From: Octopus sinensis | Lineage: Eukaryota | DNA length: 64,000 bases | Direction of reading: 5' to 3' | Assembly: GCF_006345805.1 (NCBI RefSeq) | Contig: NC_043011.1 | Coordinates: 62,942,464 to 63,006,463, forward strand | Program-made: the position numbers and the translations under genes | Notes under the pieces: generated by a model | Databases searched by the model: none | Told to the model about the DNA's origin: nothing | What the model saw: only the letters and a program-made list of their open reading frames with translations | In this document: piece by piece, positions 1 through 14,180 of the stretch | Layout of the letters: each line of letters begins with the position of its first letter | How positions within the stretch are numbered: position 1 is the stretch's first letter

Positions 1-620
1 TTAGCATATGGAGGACACATTGTCTATTGTCCTAAATAAGTCTGCTATAATTATGTTGATTTTCATGTTGTTTGACAAAGCTGAGTTAGGAATTGTATGG
101 GGCAGTCGAGACGGTTTAGGATCTGTCACAGGCCTTTTCTACTCACAGTCTCGAACACTTTTGTCAGATCGACTATTCTTGCATGAAGTGCTTTGTTTTG
201 CACCCGGAAATTTTCTTAGAGCTGCCTGAGAATGAAACGCACATATGTTGTGCCCCTGCTGGTTCTGAAATCACATTATCTTTCTGGGAGAGGATTTTCG
301 GCGATGGACAGAAGAGGTCTGTTGAGAAGTAATGTTACTCCTCCATATAGGTTTGTTGACATGCTCGCTAATCATTATGGTGGTTATAAATCTTTTGTAC
401 CCCTACATACGACCTAAACTCCTGGTATCTTCCTAGCTCATTTAATGGTCATTATAGCTTTGTTTGTTCTCTCACTCAAGGCCATCTTGGGCTGGACTCT
501 AGTTGTATTCCCATTATGGTCAGATATCGTTGTATTGTTTGAAATTCTATGTATCCTCTGATGAAAACACTTCTCCGCCATGGTGAAATGTACTCATTCT
601 TCAATAAATGCGTTAGAAAT
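1..620 (-). mobile_element. Possible highly degraded LINE (APE endonuclease region) remnant
   Basis: Minus-strand reading gives ...TTISDHNG..., resembling the terminal SDH motif of APE endonucleases. Many stops; no other motif is clear. Confidence 0.2.
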
Positions 621-1835
621 GGGCTGCAATGAACTGATATTTATCCACCGTCTATTATTTATTTATTTCCTCATAATACACAGAAAGAGATTTACTGTTA
701 AGACTTAAATTTCCTCTATACATAACCTGAATATTTCATTAAAAGTACTGCAGTACCCATTGTATTTATTCCACTAAAGCTCACGTTTACGAGTTAATTG
801 AACCCAACATGGAGCATAACATTTAATCACCTGATTCTCACCGGAACCTCACTTTTGTGTGTCTGTGTGTGGGGTGGGGTGGGGGTGGGGGTGGGGGGCT
901 ATGTGTATACTGAGTCCCCCTGTTCGAAAATTTAAGGACACAGATATTGTGTTGTATAGCCAGCCCGAAACGACGTTTCCTGGGGCTAAACGACAGTAAC
1001 ATTTGTCCTATCCAAGACTGTCACATTACGTTCGCAAATAGACTTTACTCTAAAGTATTGTCACCGAATATCTCTCTTTGTGAGATTTAGAAATAATAGC
1101 GTTTATATATATATATATATATAGCGTTTATAAGAGTGCGAAAAAGACGTGTTCAAATGAAATTAAGACAGAGATAAAGAAACATTAATCTTAGAACAAA
1201 CATTAAAATCAAGCCAACGACTTTATATATAACACCATATGCCCGAACATTTGATCATATATAAATATTACCATGGTTCTTAAGCATATAAAATACACAT
1301 ACACACACACAAACACAGACACACATGTTGAATATTCTGCTCTGAAATTTTCAGATATTTAATATAGGTCGAAACTTCCGTAAATAATCTTAGCATCGCG
1401 TGTTTTCCTTCCCCATTACCCCATTACAGTGTTTTTGTAGTTGTGTAGTTGCTAATGATAAAAGCTCTCATCTTTTTTCATTAGTATACCGTTTTATTGC
1501 TAATAATGTCTCCACGTTTTGCACTATTTCCGCTGAACTGAGAACATCCATCACACTTTAAACAAGCAAAGAAAAACAGCGCATGATATTGGCCCCCCAA
1601 AACCTAACCTTTTACACCAAAATCAACTTGCTTCCGTTTTTATTTTCCTTTTTCTTATCTTTCATCAAGTCATTTATTTTATGTGTATTTAGTGTATGTG
1701 TTTTTACATCATGTTATTGTATTTCATTTTGTCCAACAATCTTTGTTAATTTTAGGTGTTTCATACCTTCTCCGTGTGAAATCTTGAATATGAGAATAGA
1801 ATATGTGTGTTTGGTGACACAGATTATATGTATAT

Positions 1836-2398
1836 GAGGAACCGAGTTAGTAAATGTTTTTATTTTCATTTCACTAAATTTATCTAGCTTCTGTGTTTCT
1901 AGCACATATTTCGCCTTAATGTACTGATATATGAATAATATATGGCCTGAGTTAGTTTCACCAGCGATAATAATTAATTTTATTTTATCGCAATTTGACT
2001 TGTTTACATATTTCTCGATAAATTTTGAGCGTTAGACAATATACCAGAAATCCCTAGTTTTGTCGGGACGTTCTGAGTCTGCGCAGTGATCTGATTAGTT
2101 AGAGAGAGCAAATCATTAGAAGCACATGCTTCTAGTGAGTTAGGATCTCAGAACAACAGGGCTCTTACCGATGAATTCTCCCTGAGCAAATAAATTATCT
2201 TTATTGATGAAAAGAACGAAACTTCAGTCTAAGAGGAACCGAGTTAGTAAATGTTTTTATTTTCATTTCACTAAATTTATCTAGCTTCTGTGTTTCTAGC
2301 ACATATTTCGCCTTAATGTACTGATATATGAATAATATATGGCCTGAGCTAGTTTCACCAGCGATAATAATTAATTTTATTGTATCGCAATTTGACTT

Positions 2399-2403
<5 letters not shown>
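1836..2403 (+). mobile_element. Retrozyme/PLE-like unit: 171-bp direct repeats (1836-2006, 2233-2403; period 397) with a degenerate hammerhead at the second junction
   Basis: Two near-identical copies of gaggaaccgagttag...gacttgttta. TTGATGA (2204-2210), GAAA (2218-2221), helix III ct-tc-ag and GTC end at 2229. Followed by (TA)n. Confidence 0.55.
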
Positions 2404-3102
<699 letters not shown>

Positions 3103-3124
3103 GTGTGTGTGTGTGCCTGTGTCT

Positions 3125-3320
3125 GTGACAACCGACGTTGGTCTGTTTACGTACTCGTAACTTAGTGGTTCGGCAAAAGACCCCCGTTACAATAAGTACT
3201 AGACTTACAAAGAATAAGTCCTTGGGTCGATTTCTTCAGCTAACATCTTTAAGGTGGTGTCCCAGCATGACCGCTGCCATATGATTGAGACAAGTATAAG
3301 AATAAAAGAGTAGAAGAATA
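3125..3320 (+). mobile_element. Octopus-type SINE, 3' half (family A)
   Basis: gacaaccgacgttggtctgtttacg...gttcggcaaaaga...aataagtactagacttacaaagaataagtcc is the reverse complement of the copy at 37321-37712. Confidence 0.7.
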
Positions 3321-3619
3321 TAAGTGTGTGTGTGTGTGTCTGTGCACATATCAACCGTATGCATACTTGCACATTTCCTATTTCGGTTAATGACCAGGCC
3401 AAGAACATTAGTGTCGGGCCCTGAGGAGGCCATTTATTTCAATTCAGATCTTATATCCTCATTTAACTTCTTTCCATCTCACCGTTTCCTAAAAATGGTT
3501 GTTGATTTTGTTGTTGTTATTGTTGTTGTTGTTCTTCGTCTTCGTTTTCTCCCTCGTTTCTCCCTCCTCCCTCATACGATCTGTTGCCACCCGAAATAAT
3601 TATATTTACATATTCAGCT

Positions 3620-3664
<45 letters not shown>

Positions 3665-3724
3665 TTCAAACACACACATGTAAATATAATTAATGTATAC
3701 GCATGTATATATATATATATATAT

Positions 3725-3769
<45 letters not shown>

Positions 3770-4671
3770 CATACATAAAGACCTACGCACACACTCATAT
3801 AGGCACCCAAACACACACGCGCACATAGATATACAAGCTCATAAACAATTCACGGTCATAGAAAATTAGTTGAAAGCGATAGTTATATTGGCAAATTAAT
3901 TCTATTTGCTTCATTACGGGAAAGAACTGTCTTATAAATCCTAATTAATTAAGTATTTAAAGTTTTAATGCTATATACTGCTCATTATACTTTAATTTAT
4001 TTTTAAGCTCTTTCTAATTTAAACTGTCGTTTTTTAGAAATCGCCAATGGCGAGTAGAAAGCTATCTACAACTAGTGATATTAAGCTATATCCAGTAATG
4101 ATATTAATTTAAACGGAGGTATTTTATGAAGATTGTGTGTATGCGCGCACAATTTGCTGTAGATAATTCTCATAAAATCACGACGCACATTTAGAAAATA
4201 TGATAAACGCTGTCTCAAGAATGGTTGTCGCGTGTCCTGAACCAGCCGCCGAGGAAAGGCGTGTGTTTAGTTGTTTGGTGCGCATAATGAGGTTTTACTG
4301 CAGACCCGAAGACACTCACAGACATTTATGAGAGGAAAACTCACACATAACTAATGAGTCATACACATTTGTGGTCATACATACATACAGGCATACTTAC
4401 AGACATACAGACATACATTAATACACACATAAAACTTGCAAGCATACATACATACATATGAAATAATAGCAGAATCCCCGTAAATGGTTTTGCTCAGTGG
4501 ATTTTAAACTATGCTAAATCATTTCGAAACTCCTTTATTTTGAAATTCATGAATTCACTTGACGAAAACAGCTTCTTTACAATGTTATAATGCTTTCATT
4601 GATCAATTAAAGGAGTCGTTAGATGCCGTCCGTAATGGATGGACACCTCTACCTCTACTGCTAGTAGATAC

Positions 4672-4741
<70 letters not shown>

Positions 4742-4782
4742 ATATATATATCTTTCCATCTATCTATCTATCTATATATATA

Positions 4783-5983
4783 GGGTCAGAAAAACAAATT
4801 TCTTTTATAATCTAAAACATTCTCTCCTTTATTTTCTACAATGCTCTTCCGTGTATCTGGTAAACTTTCAAGGACCCTCATCCAAAATTCACATGTGCCT
4901 GACGAAAGATACTCCCCGAGTTCTGTTCTGACCTCGTCTACAGAATTCATATTTTCTCCGTCCAAACGATTTTGAAGACTTCGGAATAAATAATAATCAC
5001 ATGGGGCAATGTCCGACGAATATGGTGAAGGGGGATCGTTTCCCATTCTAACTGCTCTAACCTTTGGAATGTCATCCTTGCTGTATGTGGCCGAGCATTA
5101 TCCTGATGGAGGAACACATTTAGTCTTGAAACCAAAAATAGTCGTCTTTCTTCTGTCGCTGACGTAAGCCGCTGAAGCTGCTCAGAGTAGACCTCCTTTG
5201 TTAATCTGGCCTAAACCTTCCATATCCCATCAAACAGATTACAACAGCATACGTTGGTGAAGATGCTCTCTAGACTGTGGTGCCGGCATTTCTCATTTCC
5301 CTACCCACTATCTCCCATGCTTGACATTTTTATACACAACTAATTTCTCTTCACCAGTTCGTATTTAGTCCAAAAAAAGCTTCATTCGTTAGACATGACA
5401 GCAAAGAAGGGCACGCATTCACACTCTACACGCGATTAGACTCGTAAAATTTGTGAGGAACCCATTGACCCAAGTTGCTGACTTTACCGATGAAATGCAC
5501 GTGTCGATGAACGATTGAATCACCAAATCCAAACTTCCCCGCTAGTTCCCGAATAACTACGATTTTCTTCCACGAGATTTTGTGGGAGGTCCTCGTCGAG
5601 CTATGCAGATTTTTCAGGACGAAGGCCGTCTTCTAGTTTGTAGTTTCCGGATCAGAATTTCTGGAACCACTGTTGGCACTGGCTTACGCTTATTGTCCGA
5701 TCACCATATACTGCATTAATATTCCACGCACTTTCCGTTGCCGTTTTGCCTTTATCGATCTCAGAAAGCGAAATATGCCGAATATACTCCTTTGTCACTT
5801 CCATTATAGCTTCGAAAAAAATAACTGGTCAAATTGAACTGCGCTCTTCATCACATGCTCCAAGAAGAAATACAAGGAAAAATTATTACTTGCTTTTATA
5901 TATAAGTTGATGCACGTAGTTTATCCCGTCCACCTCCGACTTTTAGTTCATACAATGAAAAACTGCATTATTTATAGGATGAC

Positions 5984-5987
<4 letters not shown>
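4783..5987 (-). mobile_element. Mariner (DD34D) DNA transposon, degenerate, transposase pseudogene ~5804->4786
   Basis: Minus-strand MEVTKEYIRH...WFQKF, GQWVPHK (WVPHEL-like), TGEEK (TGDEKW-like), HQDNARPH and SPYSSDIAPCDYYLFRSLQN (YSPDLAPxD-like). Frameshifts and stops. Partial TIR match (ggtca) at both ends, both in TA runs. Confidence 0.92.
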
Positions 5988-6035
<48 letters not shown>

Positions 6036-6055
6036 ATATGTATATATTTATACAC

Positions 6056-6120
<65 letters not shown>

Positions 6121-7089
6121 ATACATACTATGTATATGTGTGTGTATACTTATGCATATATCTACGATTTATGTGATGCATTCTAGCAGCCTATCCACCA
6201 AATAAATTCCAGTTATAATGTTGTACTGTAAAGTCACATTTCTAAAGAAGTGGATGTCTCATTTGATTCAATTAGGTAAATGCATACGAGCAAATTTATC
6301 TTCCAAATACGTAAGATAAAAAAAGAATGAAATATTGCTAAAAGTTTCCTCTTGTGTATAAGAAAATAATCTCCACTTTCTTCAACCTCCTTAGATAATA
6401 TAAATATTTGAATAAGAATAATGATAATTTTTTCTACATTTAACAGGGCGTATAGCATATCAAATATCTAAGCACAAACAAAGTGTTAGAAATATAAAAC
6501 CTCAACAGACTCAAGAAAATGTAATTGCCATTAAATGACACAGACATTTTATACAGATCAAAATATCATCTCGTCATTTTGCCAAAATTATCTGTCTCTG
6601 GCTTATATAGAATACATTCAAAAATCAACATTCAGGATACCCACATTCCTTCAGATAGAAACAATAGAATTAATTTCCCGTCTTTATCTTAATACGGCTA
6701 TAAATAGAAGTATAGTGTGATTGACAAGTTTATTAGACAAAGTTTATTCATGAGAAAAAAATTATAGAAAAACAGTTCCATGACATATGAAATATATCTA
6801 ACGAAGGTGTGTAATATATTGGGTTGAATTCCTCAAGAACAGTAAAAAGGGTATAAATTATGTCTATATTTTAATATATAGGTAAATCTTTCAAAATTAA
6901 TTTTCACTCGAGATGTTCAATAAGTCTTACAGGAATTTGGTTATACGAGCTTTGTGGTATTTATATAGTAATACGTTTCCACTGTATATCATTATTTCTA
7001 TAATTTTCCACTACCTATTCCACATAGCAATAACACACCTCTGTTTTCTCTCGCGAGAAATCAATTGATAATTTCTTTAGTAAAATCAC

Positions 7090-7560
7090 TTCCAGTTTCA
7101 ACGTTCAGCGAGCAATAATGAATTTATCAGCATACAAATAGTTTAACATAATTATCTATCACAGCAGTGCAACTACGGCAAGAGCACAGAGTAATAATTT
7201 GTAGGAATAAATAGGAATTGTTTCATAAATAGTGCTAAAGTAGCTGTTACGATGTGACCCCAGTTAACACGGAAGTTGTCAATTCCATCGTAGTTAAAAT
7301 TTCCAAGTGTAATATGATAGGGATGCGGAATTAATTACATTCTTGTATCTGAAAGAAAGCAGGAGTGGTGAATGTCGACTTTTGAAAGATATCTCCATAC
7401 TCACTATAGAGCCGTCTGCAGTAAAAAGTGGAGATGCTTCTATGTGACATTTTAAAGCAATAAATACGTATAAATTTATAAATATTTTATTGTTCTGAAT
7501 AGACATCATCGATTCTTGGAGATGTATAATGTAAAGATTAACTTCGGCTGATTCTATGGT
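7090..7560 (-). mobile_element. Possible degraded CR1/L2-type APE endonuclease remnant
   Basis: Minus frames give HYTSP, then HITLGNFNYDGID (LGDFNYPxID-like), FMKQFLFIPT and GSDF in the expected order, with frameshifts. Confidence 0.3.
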
Positions 7561-8710
7561 GTTGTCGCATCTTAAGGTGGGATGTGAGCACAATTAAATT
7601 GTAATAAATTGCCATTTATTGAAATATGTGATGCGAAAGGAATATATCCTAAACGATATGTTATCTATTTCCTCAAAAGCCATACAAACAATGGTTAAAC
7701 ACTTACGGAATAGTCATTAAGACATTTTCTTTATCATAATTGCCATCTTGAATAAAATTGAGCTGTCATCGAGAAAATTTAATAATAGATTCATCTTCTG
7801 TCATTGTATTCTTAATATTTAATTCTCCTTAGTTCTTTTTAATCGCAATGTCAATAGGTTTTTCATTAATGCAATATCTAATCTGTAACTTTCTTCCTGA
7901 AATGTTGCATACAACGAATCATTACTTTTGAAAATTATTCAAATTGTATTCGGCTTCTATTTGATGATCTGCCAGGCATTATCAATAAGTGTCGTTTCTG
8001 GACATTATCCAGACTAAAACCAATATTTCTGTTTCATTGAACATTTCGGAGAAACACGATATTAACTTGGAAGAATAAACACGATTCTTCCTATTATTAT
8101 ATTGGATGTACAGCAAGAATTTAGAATAAAAGGCTTTATATCCAAACGTGAAGTTACTTTATTCCAAATAATGTCGTAAAATGACAGATTACGCACATTG
8201 CCTGCTGACATATGTACTTTGGTGAATCTAATACGCAGTCAGGATAAAGACCACGTCTCTGACCCCACAAAAGAGACTCCTTTGATATATTAAGGAGAGC
8301 AGCCAATGATGCTTTGTGTGTTCTCATCGGTTAACAAGATGGAGATCGACCAGTTCTGTGAGAACTGGGCATGACTGAAAAAATGTGTTCTAAGAGCTAC
8401 ATATCTCAGATAGATAAGCTTAGGAATATCTTAAATCCACATTTTGTGAATTATGTGTTTTAAGAGATTTGGGGGAAAATCATATAACATCTAGAGAAAA
8501 ATTGTTGTCCAGGTTCATAATTAACCATTGCTTTCTCCGTGTAAGCTTCAGGAATTTATTTGCATCTGCATTTCCCTTGGTGATGTACGACTCACTCTCA
8601 AGTAACAGCGTTCTCTAGTTTTTGAGGATCTTTTCTAAAAGCGATGGTGTTGCATGAGATACCAAAGTGTTCAACAAGGTCAACCGCGTGAATTCGAAAG
8701 CCTGGAAGAA

Positions 8711-8770
<60 letters not shown>

Positions 8771-8899
8771 ACTCACTCACTCTCTCTCTCTCTCTCTAAC
8801 TCTATCTCTGTCTTTCCCCATGTCTCCACTGTCTCTGAACGTACACATGTAAGCATATATACATATACAAACTATATATACGCATGTCTAGCTTGCTTA

Positions 8900-8970
8900 C
8901 ATCCACATGGTCCTCGGTTCACTCCCACTGCATGGCACATTGGGCAAGTGTCTTCTACTATAACCCCCAG
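8900..8970 (+). mobile_element. Octopus-type SINE 5' fragment (family A)
   Basis: ccacatggtcctcggttcactcccactgcatggcacattgggcaagtgtcttctactata matches the head of the copies at 30531 and 37321 (reverse strand). Confidence 0.65.
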
Positions 8971-9498
8971 TCGACGTAAATATCATCGAGTAAATATGGA
9001 CAGAACTAAGGACAATAGTTCGCCAGAAGAATCTACGCAAACATGAAGAGCTGTTGGAGCACAGCCTCAGGGGTCGGCATCTCATACCTGTGAAGATGAC
9101 GAAGGATTTCTACGCACCTCTTCTCAGGTACATTGAAGCAATTATTCAAGCTAATGGAAGTAACACGAAATATTAACATTGTATAGTAACTTCTTGAAAT
9201 GAACATTACGTAATAGATTTTCTCTATAGGCATTTTTCTGCTTTAAAATAATCTCTTGAGTGATTTACGTGAGGTGGAGCAAAACATGTGCACGGCCATT
9301 TTTGGTGGTCGTCTCGCATCTTCCCCTTTTATTCAGAGCCCCTACTATAAAATATAATGATTAGGTACGGAAATGCCTAAAACAGGCCCAGTGTATCATC
9401 TATAACAAAAAAGGTAATGCGGGACATCCACTTATAAGTTGGCTATTAGTAGACATTTTCAATGGTTCAAAGTGGTCGAAAATTTTAGTACGATACTG
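8968..9498 (+). mobile_element. Tc1-like transposon 3' fragment
   Basis: DVNIIE*IWTELR...YIEAIIQANGSNTKY* (stop 9174-9176) resembles the Tc1 SPDLNPIE and C-terminal IxAxGxxTKY motifs. Ends in ...actg followed by TA. Confidence 0.7.
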
Positions 9499-9900
9499 TA
9501 TATATATATATATACTTCAGCAATGTAACTACGCGTGGTTCGTTGGAGATTACGTCTTCTCCCTTTTGGGATATTTCCCCTTTCTCGTTTCCGACGAAGA
9601 GCTACGCTCGAAACCTTAGACTCTATCCTTTTACCGAGCGTGAAGCTACTACACTTCCTTTGCACGGAAAATTAATAAACTTCTTGTGCACTACCTCATG
9701 TTCGTTGTTTGTTCTTCCTTCTTTCGTTTTCTGTCCGTCAATTCGAATAGGTTTGTTTAGGGGAATAGACCACATATATATATATATATATATATACCGG
9801 AGTAAACACATAAATGTGAAACAAGGTGGTAAAAAGAGTACTCAAATACCAGTGGTAGAGTAATATACTTTATTTAAAGCAGCAGGAAATTCAACAAAAC

Positions 9901-9938
9901 CTGTTACTCTGAGTTTCACGTTCCCGTTCGTCAGACAG
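9901..9938 (-). ncRNA. Minimal type I hammerhead ribozyme motif, intact core
   Basis: Minus strand: ctgt CTGACGA acg-ggaa-cgt GAAA ctc-a-gag TA acag. Helix I extends with one mismatch; GUA triplet. Confidence 0.8.
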
Positions 9939-9954
9939 TTTTTTCTAGCAAAAA

Positions 9955-9992
9955 CTGTCCGACGAACGGGAACGTGAAACTCAGAATAACAG
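9955..9992 (+). ncRNA. Inverted partner hammerhead with variant core (CCGACGA; helix III mismatch)
   Basis: ctgt CCGACGA acgggaacgt GAAA ctcagaa TA acag; part of the 57-bp-arm palindrome 9887-10006. Confidence 0.6.
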
Positions 9993-10032
9993 GATTTGTT
10001 GAATTTTATGGTGCGTTAAATAAAGTATATAC

Positions 10033-10082
<50 letters not shown>

Positions 10083-10639
10083 ACGCACGCGCGCACACAC
10101 ATATATACGTAAACACACACCCACACACAAGGATACAGACGCAAACGCACGCAAATTCAAACATACACAGACATACGCGAACACACAACACACACACACA
10201 TATACACATACACACATGCACACGCGCACGCATATATAAGCAAACGCATATATAGTCAGGTGATGAGATTAGAATACGTAACGATGTAAGTTTACTCCGG
10301 AAATAAATCAAGAGGCGGGTGTAACTCCTGATAGCCTAGACTGATATCGATCTCACCGAGTGGACACACTTCAATGCTTTACAGGCGACAATCCCGATGA
10401 CGTTGCTTTCCTCAAACATCTCAGTTGTGAGGAATCATTGCACCATGGCAGACAGCATTAAAAGACCTAAGGAAGACATAATAGTAGCTACGAGAGAAGA
10501 GGAACGGAAAAATTCCTTAAATATCCATCCATCGGTCTACCTACCTTCCTACCTACCTACCTACCTACTTACATACATACATACATACATACCTAACTAC
10601 CTACCTATCCATCCGTCAGGTTGTCTATGTATGTATGTA

Positions 10640-10653
10640 TGCATCTATCTATT

Positions 10654-10744
<91 letters not shown>

Positions 10745-10889
10745 CTCTCTATATATATATATATCTCACTTTTTCTCTATCTCTTTATCTAACTCTCTAT
10801 CACTCTATTTATCTCTATATCTATCTCTATTTTTATCTATATATCTATCTATCTATCTATCTATCTCTATCTATCTCTACCTATCTATC

Positions 10890-10924
<35 letters not shown>

Positions 10925-10925
10925 G

Positions 10926-10956
<31 letters not shown>

Positions 10957-11097
10957 CTCTGTCTATCTATCTATCTTTCTCTCTATCCCCCTATCTCTCT
11001 CTCTATCTATCTATCTTTCTCTCTATCCCTCTATCTAACTCTCTATCACTCTATCTATCTCTATATCTATCTATCTCTATTTTTATCTATATATCTA

Positions 11098-11132
<35 letters not shown>

Positions 11133-11165
11133 CTCTATCTCTCTATCTATCTCTCTCTCTCTCTA
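10640..11165. repeat. (TATC)n/(TC)n compound microsatellite
   Basis: Direct reading; source of the YLSI/SIYL ORFs. Confidence 0.95.
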
Positions 11166-11289
11166 TCAATGTTTGTTTCTAAATACTTATGTACGTACCC
11201 ATATATCTATGTATTTTAGGTTGTTTAACGTAGTAGTAGTGGTTTGGCATACATACAGTTGTGGTTCTTCTAAGGCTAAAATGGATTTT

Positions 11290-11690
11290 GACTGAGCAGT
11301 TGTTCTATTACAGTTGAATGACCCTCATGTGGATTCGGTTTCGGTCATTATCTGCCCAGGTCATGGTTAACGTTATAGCACCACTTGGAGATGTTTGCAA
11401 GGCAGGTTTCGCGACACCATGGGCCTCTAGAGTACAGAGATGTTGGCTGAGACGTGTCCAACTGTTGCTGGATTGTCTGCTACTTCGAGGAATTTGTCCA
11501 AGCATTGTTTGAATATTGTGGGGTCTGTTTTTACTTCAGTTTCTTTCGCTGGACAAAGCACAACAAAGCACGACAAACCTTTTCACAAACACGATCATCT
11601 GAACTGAAAATGTTATGTCGCAATATTCTGATGTGATGTGAACTCGACATTTCTGGAGGACATTTGGCACGGGGTCCTTTAGTTGACTCG
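11290..11690 (-). mobile_element. CR1/Jockey-like LINE 3' fragment
   Basis: Minus strand ...PTIFKQCLDKFLEVADNP resembles the FKxxLDxFL C-terminus of CR1-group ORF2. Confidence 0.45.
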
Positions 11691-11785
11691 TAACTTCGAA
11701 TCTGTTAGCCTAATATTTCCTTCCTTCCTTCATTCCTTTCTTTCTTCCTTCCTTCCATTTTCCTTCCTCCCTTCTTCCCTTCCTC

Positions 11786-11819
<34 letters not shown>

Positions 11820-11870
11820 TTCCATTTTTTTTACGTGTATGTATAAATTCACACATATATATGCAAATAC

Positions 11871-11929
<59 letters not shown>

Positions 11930-12666
11930 TAGACGTCAAATCACCTTACCACAAAGAGTGTGTTCTCACGCAGGGCTTTTTCTTGAGAATATTTTGTGGT
12001 AAGGCGATTTCATGTCAATCTCTAGCGTATAGGAAACCACTTTCGTGGTCATTCATCTTATTAATTGTAACATAATTTTTAAATCTTCGGATTTTTTTTT
12101 TAATATGCTAGACCACTGGTTTAAATTGATGTTAATTAATTGATATCAATTTCAACCCTCGTTATTTAATTTATATATATTGTTGTATCTGTGGAGAGTC
12201 TTTCTCTTTTAATGCCTTATTAATTAATACACTCACCGATTCGATTTCCACTCATTTATCTTTTCATTTTTAAGACTTCCGTTGCTTCTTGCAAACCATT
12301 CAATGGTCGTAGACTCTGTCCGTTATAGGAGCTATATTCATTTTGCTTCTTTGTGCGCATTTGTGTTTGAAACAGTGAATGTATATACACTTATGCATGT
12401 ATGTGTATATGTATGTGTGTACGTGTATGTGTATGCATATGCATATGTATGCGTTTGTATGCGTTTGTATCTATGTGTTCTTCATATTCATGTGTTTCTG
12501 TGTTCATGTTTGTGCGCGCGTGTGTGTATTTCTGCGTGTACCTCTGTTCCTATATAATGAATTATTTCACATTGTCATATTCATTGATGGGCGCCGTTGT
12601 TGCCATGATAAGAATTTTTGTTAGCAGATATCTATCGTTCTTCCAAAGACGTCTTTAAAGCATTCG

Positions 12667-12728
<62 letters not shown>

Positions 12729-13108
12729 CGGGGTGTTATAATGACATAGAAAGAAAAACTAGAAAACAACGAAAATACACGCATACACACAAACACACAC
12801 TCACGCATCGTAGGCTGATCAGAACTGATAATACGTATAGAAACATAAACACATGTTAAAAGGATATTAATTCACATAAAAAAGAATAAAAAATAAATTA
12901 GTATCGACAATTGAATATGATACGGACAGGAATCAATATTGAGTCATAAATTACAATAGACTGATGCTGGATATCCGCTTCAGCATCACGTATGAAATAG
13001 TTATTAGATTGTACAAGACTTATAATTGTGTTATTTCATTAACTATATATTATATATATATATATATTCAAGATCATAAGTAGTCTGAGTTAATATGAAT
13101 GTATGTAC

Positions 13109-13146
<38 letters not shown>

Positions 13147-13303
13147 ATCTTCACTTTCCGCATCTATCTCTGTCTGTCTCTGTCTCTTTCTGTCTTTCTC
13201 CGTGTGTGTGTCACTCTTCCTCTCTCTATATAAATATATCTAAGTATGTATCTATATAAACATAATGAGAACGTAGAGAAAGGGAGTGAGAGATGTAGGA
13301 AAC

Positions 13304-13341
<38 letters not shown>

Positions 13342-13777
13342 GTAGAAATAAAGAGAATTATATAATTACATTCAAGGATACAAAAATGTAGATACATATG
13401 AATATCGATACGTACATAATTTCACACAGAGTTTAGAAATAAAAAGGATGTTTTTCATTAAAAAATTTGCCAGAAGTTGAAAAATGCCATTTCCATTGAA
13501 ATAATATAATTAAGTTTAATAAGCTGTAAAAAAATGGACATTTCAAAATTAAATCATTTGTAATATGGTTTGAAATATGAAATATATAATATTTTAAATC
13601 GAATTAATATGTATATATACACATACAAACATACATACATACATACATACATACATACGTAATTATGTGTATTTATATACATACATATATATCCATATGT
13701 ATGTCCGTGTCTATGTGGATATGTATGTGTATATAATTATATATATACCATACATACATACATGCATACATACATAC

Positions 13778-13820
<43 letters not shown>

Positions 13821-13861
13821 CATATTATAGTCATGGCTATATGGTATATATATATATATAT

Positions 13862-13906
<45 letters not shown>

Positions 13907-14180
13907 CAGAATATATAGTCATGGCTATGATGGTACAACTATAGCTTTGCAAATCCTTTTCTGTGCACGTGTTTTCTGACGTAGCCACATTGCATTGACA
14001 GTGAATTTTCTGGAGGGAAATTGTTCGGAAGTTAACTGTATATATGTATGCATCGTCACCATCAACATGAGCATCCTGCTCAACGTCGCAGTGTTTCCCT
14101 GTATTGGCGTTTTGAGTTCCAATGTGTCCCAGGTCATTCAGTTTTCTTTGGCATTGTAACGTTTTGGAGTCATTGAAATA

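Noticed and set aside
552-600. CTGATGA...GAAA resembling a hammerhead
   Set aside because: Helices I, II and III do not pair.
961-990. agcccGAAAcg-a-cgtttc...gggct hairpin
   Set aside because: No CUGANGA in the required position; a simple short palindrome.
7640-7770. Apparent minus-strand micro-exons with GTAAGT/GTGAGT donors and 56-58 nt introns (also ~7330-7430)
   Set aside because: Spliced products hit stops quickly and match nothing recognisable; nearby motifs fit a decayed LINE endonuclease better.
10255-10345. GTGATGA...GGAAA with a possible long helix II
   Set aside because: Too many substitutions are needed and helices I and III are not definable.
10397-11295. [16 protein letters not shown] and similar ORFs here and throughout the window
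   Set aside because: Microsatellite translations.
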